From Eledone cirrhosa (lineage: Eukaryota): a stretch of DNA of 64,000 nt. Position numbers and translations under genes: made by a program. Position 1 is the stretch's first letter. Each line of letters opens with the position of its first letter. The DNA lies in contig OZ024743.1 of the NCBI GenBank assembly GCA_964016885.1, forward strand, positions 221,154,001-221,218,000, in the 5' to 3' direction. The notes beneath the pieces are model-generated. The model was not told the DNA's origin and made no database searches. It worked only from the letters and a program-made list of their open reading frames with translations. Below are positions 52,869 to 64,000 of the stretch, piece after piece.

Positions 52869-55310
52869 ATGGAAAAACAATATTTAGGAACCTCCTTAAA
52901 AAACATACCAATACCTTCTAAGGACGACTTCTTACTCCTTATGATTCAGAAAACTAATAATTTTATCAGAAGGGTTAGATGGAGAGCCTACCACTTTGAT
53001 AGAAAATCTAAACAAGCAGATCGGAAATATATGTATGATTTCAACACTTACAAGAATCCACCACACAACTTTTTACTTGAAGACTTCGAGAAAGACCTTT
53101 TTAATTTAATTAAACATCTCAAATTTAAAAAGTATAAATCCGTCTTTCAAAAGGACCTTGATTCTACCCTATTGGACCTAAAAAAGTCTAAAAAAATCCA
53201 TGTCCACTCGGACAAAACTGGTAACTTGTATCATATGGATATTGAACATTATAATGAGTTCATATATAAAGAACTCAGAAAAAGTTATAAAAAATCTAAT
53301 AATGCGTCACTCACCAACATCAACAACAAAACACACAACATAGTAAAAAAACTAAATATTGAAGATAGAACTGAACCTTTGGCATTGAGAAGTCCACACT
53401 TCAACCTGAAAGATCACAAATCTAACTTTAACTCTAATCCTTCTATTAGACTTATATGTCCCTCCAAATCAGATATTGGAATAATTAGCAAAAAAATTTT
53501 AGATAGAGTCATCCCACAAATAAGAAAATACGTTATTTTACCACTCTGGGAAAACACCTCCCAGGTAATTAATTGGTTTAAAAATATTAGGTGTAAATCT
53601 TCTGCTTCTTTCCTACAGTTTGATATAGATAACTATTATTCTTCTATATCACCCATACTCCTGAACAAAGCATTAATTTTTGCTAAAAATAGATCTAATT
53701 TAACTTCGGATGACATTAACATTATTACACATGCTAGACAAACACTTATTGAATTTCAGAATGAATACTGGACCAGAAACACTTATAGTAATCTTTTTGA
53801 TATTACTATGGGTTCAAGCGATTCTGCCCAAATTACTGATCTTGTGGGCCTCTTTCTCCTTTTCAACATAAATGCCTCTTTTCCCCACCTCAAAGGTGGT
53901 TTATATCGTGATGACTGTCTTCTTCTTTCTAACAACCTTAGCCTTTCAGAAATCGAAAAAAACAAAAAGCATATTAGAACTTTCCTTAAGGACTATTATA
54001 ATCTTAATATTACTTTTGAAAAAACAAGTAAAGTAGTAAATTTCCTAGATATAACTTTAGATTTAGCTACGGGTATATACCAACCTTACCATAAACCTAA
54101 CCAAAACTTACATTACATACACTCACAATCTAATCACCCTAAATCTATCCTTAAAAACCTTGCATATAATATATCACTTAGAATTTCTAACCTTTCTTCT
54201 AACCAAGATGTATTTGATAAAAATGCGACCTTTTATAATGAAGCTCTAGATAGAAGTGGCCACAAAAATAGATTAGAGTATATAACTTCTACTAAAAATA
54301 CTGAAAACATACAGCATAATATTACCAACAAACACCAAATGAAAGGTACACACCTAAATGCCACCCACAGTATACCCCAAAATACTAAATCTTCTAATAT
54401 AAAGTATAGTAACCCTCAAAAAACTACTCATCATAAGACTATAATAAATATTAATAATAAAACTCCTAATAAAAAAGATAAAACACCTAAATCTACAAAT
54501 ATAACTAAAAATAGTTGTGGTGAGATCATTAACATTATTCCTCCTAGTAAAAATCATGATACAACATATAAAAATAATAAAAATAATAAACAACATAGAA
54601 ACCGTAATAGACGAGTTACTTGGTATAATGCTCCTTTTAATTTACAAGTTAAGGATAATATTGCTAAAAAATTTTTTTATATCCTTGAGAAAAACTTCCC
54701 GCCAAACCACAAATACCATCAAATCTTAAATAGGTCTACAGTTAAATTCTCATATTCTACAACAAATAACATAAAACAAAATATAAGTGCATATAATGCA
54801 TATAAATGTAAGAAAACTATAAGTATACCACCAGTACATCAAATTAACAATAATATCTCCTCAAATACGGAATTAACGAAAGGATGTAACTGTAGAAACA
54901 AAACAAACTGCCCATTAAAAGGGAATTGTCTTGTTAACAACATAGTCTATAAATGTAATGTTAAAACTAAAGATTCTATTTGCTCATATATAGGAGCTAC
55001 CTCTAACAATTTTAAGACAAGGTATAATACCCACAAACATAGCTTTAAAAATGCCGCACTGGCTAATACAACATCTCTAGCAGAAAAAATCAATAGTTAT
55101 AAAAATAAAAATATAAAATATGATTTGACCTGGAGTGTGCTCAAAAGAGCCACCCCTTATCAAAATAATAGAAAGGAATGTAGATTATGTTCCCAAGAAC
55201 TATTTGAAATAATGAAGTCTAGGGATATCTTATTAAATAAAAGACAGGAATTAATTATATCGTGTAATCATAAACTAAAAAAAACATTTAAATATTATAA
55301 ACCTAATTAA
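52869..55310 (+). CDS. Naiad-type PLE RT + GIY-YIG polyprotein, copy 3
   Basis: Protein identical to copies 1 and 2 in the ORF track. Confidence 0.95.
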   Translation: MEKQYLGTSLKNIPIPSKDDFLLLMIQKTNNFIRRVRWRAYHFDRKSKQADRKYMYDFNTYKNPPHNFLLEDFEKDLFNLIKHLKFKKYKSVFQKDLDSTLLDLKKSKKIHVHSDKTGNLYHMDIEHYNEFIYKELRKSYKKSNNASLTNINNKTHNIVKKLNIEDRTEPLALRSPHFNLKDHKSNFNSNPSIRLICPSKSDIGIISKKILDRVIPQIRKYVILPLWENTSQVINWFKNIRCKSSASFLQFDIDNYYSSISPILLNKALIFAKNRSNLTSDDINIITHARQTLIEFQNEYWTRNTYSNLFDITMGSSDSAQITDLVGLFLLFNINASFPHLKGGLYRDDCLLLSNNLSLSEIEKNKKHIRTFLKDYYNLNITFEKTSKVVNFLDITLDLATGIYQPYHKPNQNLHYIHSQSNHPKSILKNLAYNISLRISNLSSNQDVFDKNATFYNEALDRSGHKNRLEYITSTKNTENIQHNITNKHQMKGTHLNATHSIPQNTKSSNIKYSNPQKTTHHKTIININNKTPNKKDKTPKSTNITKNSCGEIINIIPPSKNHDTTYKNNKNNKQHRNRNRRVTWYNAPFNLQVKDNIAKKFFYILEKNFPPNHKYHQILNRSTVKFSYSTTNNIKQNISAYNAYKCKKTISIPPVHQINNNISSNTELTKGCNCRNKTNCPLKGNCLVNNIVYKCNVKTKDSICSYIGATSNNFKTRYNTHKHSFKNAALANTTSLAEKINSYKNKNIKYDLTWSVLKRATPYQNNRKECRLCSQELFEIMKSRDILLNKRQELIISCNHKLKKTFKYYKPN

Positions 55311-57188
55311 TAACATTATTCTAGAATTTAATTTAATTTAAATGTTAGTTAACCTATAAATTTAATTTAATTAATATTTTATTACAGATGAGAAAATATT
55401 ATGTAATCATTAATTTTGAAAAACCTTTAAATATTACTAATAATATATATTCAGTAATTTAATTTATAGATTAATTTTAACTTATTTTAACCTTTTATTA
55501 TAATTTTTTAATTTAGTTTAACCTTTTATTATAAAATTTTTTTTTTTTTTTTTTTTTTATTATAATTCTTTTACAGATAAAATATAACAAAATAATATCA
55601 TGTATCCTATGACGGAGAAAGAATTTTTAGTATTATTGACCTATTTAATATACATTTTGGAAATATATTTATTATTTGGTTTTAGCTTTAATCAACCTAA
55701 AACTTTAATTTTAATTTTAATTTGCTTAAAATTAGTATCCTTGTACAGACGAATTGCAGAATTTCATGTAATCATAGAATGGGAGGTGTTTTTGGATATA
55801 TACCTAGTTAATATATTCTGTGCAAATTTTTTGAAAAAGATATGTATATCTATATGTATATGTATATGTGTGTATTGTATGTGTATCTGTATGTATATTT
55901 ATGTGACTATATATGTATGTATGTGTGTATATATATGTATATATATATATATATATGTGTATGTATATGTATATGTATGTGTATGTGTATGTATATGTAT
56001 GTGTATGCGTATTAATTTTGATTTTTATTTGCATATAATTATATTATGCTATTGATGAAATACAATATCTGCTTTATGTATTGTATACCTAATTAACATA
56101 TACTAATTAACATATACTATTGAAATAAATATATAATTTTTAACTTAGTTAACATATAATTTATATGCTACTACCGATGTAATACTTTATTTTATTTTTA
56201 TTTGGGTTTCTTTTCCCTATTATTAACTTTAATTTAGTTATAATGTAATTTATAATCTACTACTGTTTGACTTCATAATTCTGCTTCAAATATTATAAAC
56301 CTAACTAATTTACACCTTGGAAATCAATATGTTGACTATCTTTGGTTTAGTTGACATATGATTAATGGTATACTTTTTTATTTTGTGATGCATAGATTTC
56401 GTATTTCCTAGCATTGAAAATATGTAAGAACATACATTGAATTAAGATATGGAAAATATTATAGGTTTCTTGAAACATATATTTACTTTGATCCCCTTCT
56501 CCAAACCCCCCCCTTTCCCCCATACTATTATCATCTGTTTTTGTAAGTGTATATGTATGAATATATGGGTAGATGGGTGTCTATATAGTTTTTTTTTTTT
56601 TTGGTATTTATTTCTAGATATAAAAATACATATATGAGCATGTAAATATGAATGTAAGATTGAGTGTGTATATATGATTGTACATACATATGTATGTATA
56701 TGTATGTATATATATGTATTATATATGTATGTGTATGTGAACGTGTGGTATATATATGTGTAGGTATATGTATATATGTGTGTGTATGTGTATGCTTGTA
56801 TATAGGAATATATATGTGTGTATATATGTATATATGTATATGCGTGTTTGCATGTATGTGTATATGGGTTCTGTATATATTTGTATGTCTATCTATTTAT
56901 ATGTTTATCTTCGTATCTATGTGATATATGTGTGTGTGTGTGCATGTATGCATATGTATGTGTTTGTGTGTGTTTGTATGTGTGTGTGTATATATATGTA
57001 TGTATTTGCGCACACTCACATACACATATATATATATATATATATATATATGTGAGTGTGTATGTGTGTCTGTATCTTCGTATCTATGTGATATATGTGT
57101 GTGTGTGTGCATGTATGCATATGTATGTGTTTGTGTGTGTTTGTATGTGTGTGTGTATATATATGTATGTATTTGCGCACACTCACAT

Positions 57189-57225
<37 letters not shown>

Positions 57226-57314
57226 AGTGTGTATGTGTGTCTGTATGTGTGTGCGTGTGTATATATGTGTATATATATATATATATGTGTATGTATGTGT
57301 ATGTGTGTGTATAT

Positions 57315-57352
<38 letters not shown>

Positions 57353-57473
57353 ATATAGGTGTCTATGTGTGAATATATGTCTTTATTCGTATGTGTGTAT
57401 TTATATATGTTTATATTTAGGTGTATGTATGTATGTGTATGTATGTATGTATATGTATGTGTATGTATGTATA

Positions 57474-57528
<55 letters not shown>

Positions 57529-57620
57529 CTTTATTATTATTGTAATATAACTTATGTGTATATGTGTATAAGTGAGGTTGTGTATGTATATATACTATGT
57601 GTATATATAAGGGTAATGAA

Positions 57621-57651
<31 letters not shown>

Positions 57652-57743
57652 CATGTCTGTATTTTATGTGTGTGTGTATATATATATATGTGTATGTGTG
57701 TATATATGTATGTATATATGCATATATGTGTACGTGTGTGTAT

Positions 57744-57790
<47 letters not shown>

Positions 57791-57911
57791 TGGATGTTTG
57801 TATGTGTTTTCATGGTGGTATGAGTGTGGGATATATATGTTTATGTATAAGTATATGTATGTGTATGTATATATATATGAGTCTATGTGTGTGTGTGTAT
57901 ATATATGTATA

Positions 57912-57945
<34 letters not shown>

Positions 57946-59065
57946 TATGTGTGTATGTGTTGCGCGTGTGTGTGTCCGTATTTTTATCTTTTTATATGTG
58001 TATGTGTATGTTCGTGTAAATGTATGTGTGTGTATGACAGTATAGGTATGTGTGTATGTATGTATGTGTAGATATCTCTATGTGCGCGTACATGTATGTA
58101 TGTGTATGTATATCTGTATGCGTATGTACATTATATTATATGTAATATATTTTATTGTTTTTATTTTTTTATTTTTCATAATTTATAGATACATTTATAT
58201 TAGGCTGTCTGGTCTGACAACCTAATACTGACCCCTCCCCCCCCCCCTCCCACCTAATTTCTGTATCTTGATCTTGAAATGTGTGTACCAGTGTGTTTAT
58301 GTGAGTGACTTAATTTCTATTTGCTTATGATTTTATATCCACATATATAAATGTGAGTGGGGGGTGTGTGTGTGTGTGTGTGTTTGTGTGTTCGTGGTTA
58401 TGTGTATATTTATATATATACGCACATGTATGTGTGATTATACTGATATGTGTGAGTATGAAAAAAATATATTTATATGCTTGACTACATAAGTATCATT
58501 GCGTATCTTATCAGCGCATTAAGCTTACAGAGATATTAACCTTGAAATTTTTTATTTGCATCCATCTTTTTAGTATGCACATACATATTATACACACATT
58601 ATTGTAAAATGTGTGTAGGGTTTTACATGTATATACACACACCAAACTGCTTTTTAACCCTTTGTGTTTTCATTGGTCAATTTTGAACTGATATTTTGAA
58701 TTGTTGTTATTATCAATAAATATACTTCATTATTTCTGAAGACGGCGTATATATGAGTTAGGTATGTATATTTAATCTTGATAATTTGTATAATTTTGTA
58801 TAATTTTGTACATAGATCTGTTAAATATGCATACCAATTATAGCACATATATGCCCTAGAAACGATCGTTAAATAGTGAACTTTTTTTGTTTAATATAAG
58901 GAATTGTTTGTTCATTATTTGTTTAATATTTTATCTTGACTCTGTATACCGTTTATCTTTCACCGAAATTGGATTTTCATTACATCTCTTCTTTCCATGA
59001 TATCCGGAATACATTGAGTTCTTCATACGGATTGGACACTACCGTAAACTCTTGGTAGATTTATC

Positions 59066-59109
<44 letters not shown>

Positions 59110-59324
59110 TATGTCATTTATTTTGTCTGACCTGTTTAGCTTGACTTGTTTTTTGGCTTAGGTGGTTTATGGCTTCTTGACCGCCTTCTCAGTTTGTATG
59201 GCCTTTATAACCTATGTTTATTGCTCTGGTCTTTTTTAGCCCATGGAGCGCTTGCCAGCATGACTCGGAATTTGCGCTTCGTTTGGCTTTTTCTACCCGC
59301 TGAAATGCGATTCTCGCTGAATTT

Positions 59325-59367
<43 letters not shown>

Positions 59368-59588
59368 CAACAGAGGTGCGATGTTTCAGCAAACTATTCT
59401 AGCTAACACGTAGCTATACTTCAAAACTCTGGAAACATTTAAATATACTCTGTATGAGGTGTAGTTATATTTAAAGATTACGCGGGGTGGAATTAATAGA
59501 TTTTATTGCTTGGAATGTGACATAAGTTCACCGCATCATTCAGCAATTGGTGTGATAATAGTTGTGATTAAATGTATTAGTAAATAAC

Positions 59589-59722
59589 TGTTTCTACTTT
59601 AGGCACAAGGTAAGCAATTACCCAGTACATTACTGGTACTTTATTTTATCGACCACGTAAGGATGAAAGGCAAAGTCAACCTCGGCGGGATTTGAACTTA
59701 GATCGTAAAGCGACGTAACTAT
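59589..59722 (-). mobile_element. partial Deu/Nin-like SINE copy
   Basis: TGTTTCTACTTTAGGCACAAGG...GGATGAAAGGCAAAGTCAACCTCGGCGGGATTTGAACT. Confidence 0.85.
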
Positions 59723-59831
59723 GTATTAGTAAAAAACGATAAAGGTATATATCCACACAATTAACAGATTCAGAACAACCATGGAACAATCTTTTACACA
59801 CTTAAAACAATCTATCTGTATGTATGTATGT

Positions 59832-60941
59832 TATCTCTTTCTCTTAATTTCGAGTATATTTTTTTTGACCGGTCACCTTCCTGGTGGCAAGGTTGTAAAA
59901 GAAAAGAAATTGTCATCCCTTGAATCGCAAGAACGTTTTGCAAATTTTGAAGGTGCCAGCTATCGCAGCCATTTGTACACTATGAATTAGGGAGCTGCAA
60001 TCTTTGTCCGCAAATCCAAGTTCAGTCATACTTTGGTCCAAGCGGGTTGGTATATAACCTGTAGCTCCAATAATGATGGGTATGAAGCTAAAGGTGTATC
60101 TTGGATACTGGATTTGTAAACTCCTCATCAATGGTCCGTAGATGTCCTCTTTCTACTGTATTTTTCTGACAACGTTTACATCAAGTGGGCAGCTGATCTC
60201 CACAACAGAACACGTTTTCAATGTGTGGTCCCAAACAACAATATCAGCCGGTTGTGCTTTAATTTGGTGGCAGTTTTTATTTTCAGGTTCCACTAGTATT
60301 CCTTAGTGCCATCTGTCTCAATATATTCTTCCTCGTTTGTTGTTAATTTTTTTTGTTTTCCGAAGTGCGTTTCAGATGGTTCTAGCTATCCCATCGTGTC
60401 TCATGGGGAGGTAGTAGCGAGATGACATTCTTTCGCAGCTGGCAACAATGTGACTTACATCCTCGATCTTTGTTTTACATAGCCTACATTTATTGTCAGC
60501 TGATGGCCCTCCCCTTTTGTGCAGCAGATATTTGGTAGGGAGTTCTTCTGCCTGTATTGCATAGAGATATCCATCAAGGTGTGATGTCATAAACCTGTCG
60601 GAACTCCATGCCAGGCTTTGTGAGTGGTTTATCCCCTCTATGGTCTGTGCTTTACGTCTCAGTATCCATGCACAACTTTTTCTGTAAATTGGTCAATTTT
60701 TTCATCTTGTTTGAACATTGAATAGGATCTTCCAATTTCTCTGGGTGAGAGATTTATATCAGGCTTTATTCCATATCTCTCCTCCAGATCAGTCGCTATT
60801 CTAATGATATATTTTTTTTCATGCTCATAAACCTGGGCAAGATGGTTGCCAACCTTTTTCCTCTGTTGAAGGTGCTGCTTCAGTGTTACTATCCGGGTCT
60901 CATATGATGTTAATATGGATTTCAGACCCCGACCACCTTCC
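59832..60941 (-). pseudogene. 5'-truncated, decayed RLE-type (R4-like) LINE in (TATG)n
   Basis: Fragments GGRGL, AIQAEELPTK, CRLCKTKIEDVSHIVASC, RHD, W(stop)WNLKIKT, DIVVWD...VEISCP and IPIIIGATG, with frameshifts. (TATG)n lies at 59815-59830 and 60942-61080. Confidence 0.88.
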
Positions 60942-60977
60942 TATGTATGTATGTATGTATGTATGTATGTATGTATG

Positions 60978-61008
<31 letters not shown>

Positions 61009-61526
61009 GTATGTATGTAAGTATGTATGTATGTATGTATGTATGTATGTATGTATGTATGTATGTATGTATGTATGTATAACGTCTTGAAATGTTCAGG
61101 TGCCTTTTATAGTTTATACTAATATATATATGCTACTGTAAGTAAATGTATATATGTGTATATATGTGTGTGTGTGTATGTGTGTGTATGTGAGAGAGAG
61201 GGAGTGTGTGTTTATGTGTAAGTGTGTATGAATTAATGCACATATAAATATGCAGGTTGAGTAGAAGGAAAATTCATGCATGTGTTTACCCATGTATATT
61301 AATACACACACACACACATACGCAAACACACACACACACACAAATATATGTATATATATATATAATGGAGAAATAAGTATAGAGGTTAAGTAGAAAGAAA
61401 TTGTTGTACATAATGTAATGTCAGATGAAGTAGGCAGCATTAAAATATAATAATATAATATATTTATCAATATTGGGAGTGTAGAATATGATTTAATGCG
61501 TTCGTGACAATATGAGGGAGAGAAAT

Positions 61527-61609
<83 letters not shown>

Positions 61610-61803
61610 CTCTCTCTCTCTATCTATCTATCTCTTTCTCTTTCTCTCCACACACACACACACACACACATATATAGTGAGAGAGCGAGAGAGAAAGAGA
61701 GAAATAAAGTTGATAGGTTGATAGATACATACAAACAATATATATATGCACACCACACATAAATATATACATAGATACACACACAAACATATATATATAT
61801 ATT

Positions 61804-61842
<39 letters not shown>

Positions 61843-61843
61843 G

Positions 61844-61960
<117 letters not shown>

Positions 61961-62996
61961 GTTGTATTGTATTATATATTATATTATATTATATTATATT
62001 ATGATTTTTCTTAAGCTCTATTGTTGTTTGTCTATTCATTTATCTGCTAGCTTTTTTCGTATTATTTTCTCCCACTCCTATTGCAAGTATGGTGTATAGG
62101 GCTCATAGAGAAAAGCGTTAATAGGAAAAGTGCACGGATGAAATTTAAACCGGAAATTGAACAAACCGTCAGTTAGAAAATATAAGAAGGAAACAGAAAG
62201 TATTTCGTGTATGCCATTGCATGATAAATGGCGGCTGAAGGCCAGAATATCACAAACGATCAAAGGTTTCTTTTTTCCGCCAGTGTTACAATGTTACTCG
62301 ACTTGAAGAGCAACACATTTCTTTCACTTCTTTATCTTTCTCTCTCTCTCTAGAATACACATGCTCTCTCTTTTTCTCTCTCGAATACGCATACTCAAAC
62401 ATTTTCTCTCTCTCTCTCTCTCCCTCTTCCCTTCTCCTTTTAGCCCTCTCGCTTACTCTTTCTCGAATGCAAACGCTCTCTCTTTCGCCTTTTCTCTATC
62501 TGTCCCTCTATTTCCCGTACATATACAGACATTTACTCTCTCACGCAAACACACACACACACGCACAAATACACACCCATGTTCTCTCTCATGTCTACAC
62601 ACCTAGTTAGATACATATTCTCCCGCATACACATACACACTTTTCTATCCCGCACACATAGGCACACACACACACATACACACTTTCTCTCTCTCTCACA
62701 CACACTCTCTCTCACTCTCGCTCTTTCTCACTCTCTGCTCTTGTTACTGCCGTGTGTGGCCATCCATGAACAAAGGGAAAATATTTTGTAAGGGCTGATG
62801 ATGATGAAATGAGTCGAAATAAAATGTTGCTTGTTGATATGTTTGCCCTAACAGAACAAACCCCCACCACCCATCTCGTCAGTCTTATAATTATGGTCAT
62901 TGTTATCATCATCATCATCATCATCACTATTATTACTAATTCTATTGATGTTGTTGGTGGTGTTGTTGTGGTTGTGGTTGTTGTTGTTGTTTGTAT

Positions 62997-63061
<65 letters not shown>

Positions 63062-63242
63062 ACACCAACACAACACCAACACTACTAGTGTTACTACTAC
63101 TACTGCTACTACTTTGTTCAGAGGAAATACTGGGAGTTGATACTTCAAAAGCGTTTTGATTGTACTTTTACTGTTGTGTAGTTCGTATTATGCAGTGCTC
63201 TATTTGTCGTTTACGAGTCGCCTTTATTGTCCATGTATCTCT

Positions 63243-64000
63243 TGTTGTAGTTGCTGTTGATGTGATGCTGTTGTAGTTGCTGTGTTGTTGTTGTTACTGT
63301 TGTGTGATGCTGTTGTAGTTGCTGTGTTGTTGTAGTTGCTGTTGATGTGATGCTGTTGTAGTTGCTGTGTTGTTGTTACTGTTGTGTGATGCTGTTGTTG
63401 TTGATGTGTTGTTGTTGTTACTGTTGATGTGATGCTGTTGTAGTTGCTGTGTTGTTGTTGTTACTGTTGTGTGATGCTGTTGTAGTTGCTGTGTTGTTGT
63501 TGTTACTGTTGTGTGATGCTGTTGTAGTTGCTGTGTTGTTGTTGTTACTGTTGTGTGATGCTGTTGTAGTTGCTGTGTTGTTGTTACTGTTGTGTGATGC
63601 TGTTGTTGTTGATGTGTTGTTGTTGTTACTGTTGATGTGATGCTGTTGTAGTTGCTGTGTTGTTGTTGTTACTGTTGTGTGATGCTCTTGTAGTTGCTGT
63701 GTTGTTGTTGTTACTGTTGATGTGATGCTGTTGTAGTTGCTGTGTTGTTGTTGTTACTGTTGTGTGATGCTGTTGTAGTTGCTGTGTTGTTGTTGTTACT
63801 GTTGTTGTGATGTTGTTGTAGTTGCTGTGTTGTTGTTACTGTTGTGTGATGCTGTTGTTGTTGTTACTGTTGATGTGATGTTGTTGTAGTTGCTGTGTTG
63901 TTGTAGTTGCTGTGTTGTTGTTGTTACTGTTGTGTGATGCTGTTGTAGTTGCTGTGTTGTTGTTGTTGTTACTGTTGATGTGATGTTGTTGTAGTTGCTG
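63243..64000. repeat. complex GTT-rich minisatellite, ~39-45 bp unit, runs off the window
   Basis: Unit approximately GCTGTGTTGTTGTTGTTACTGTTGTGTGATGCTGTTGTAGTT. Confidence 0.93.

Larger units (their letters stand above)
45664..59070 (+). mobile_element. direct arm of the Naiad-type PLE concatemer (~2.1 units)
   Basis: Period 6375 bp (46473 versus 52848) and 6355 bp (52299 versus 58654). Ends at ...GTAGATTTATCTACAT followed by (AT)n. Confidence 0.93.

Overview
AT-rich eukaryotic DNA with no recognisable host gene. The dense (TA)n/(AAT)n/(TAGA)n microsatellites and the SINE types resemble cephalopod (Octopus-like) genomes, which is an inference. Most short ORFs in the track are microsatellite translations. 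The window consists of retroelements inserted in microsatellites. (1) A decayed Neptune-like Penelope element (4254-9183). (2) An R4/Dong RT-RLE LINE (11335-14725) joined tail-to-tail, through an (AAT)n tract, to an intact two-ORF L1/Tx1-type LINE (14838-20850). (3) Many tRNA-derived SINEs. (4) A decayed RLE LINE in (TATG)n. (5) A single ~23 kb insertion in a (TA)n tract (35968-59070), made of a ~6.37 kb Naiad-type Penelope-like element as a head-to-tail concatemer (1.5 units on minus, 2.1 units on plus) with three protein-identical RT+GIY-YIG ORFs, a ~3.9 kb microsatellite-laden non-coding part and a candidate pseudoknotted RNA at its 3' boundary. Many small insertions in the (TA)n tracts carry complete or truncated type I hammerhead ribozyme motifs, fold-back ends or terminal direct repeats, which points to several small non-autonomous families mobilised by Penelope-like elements.
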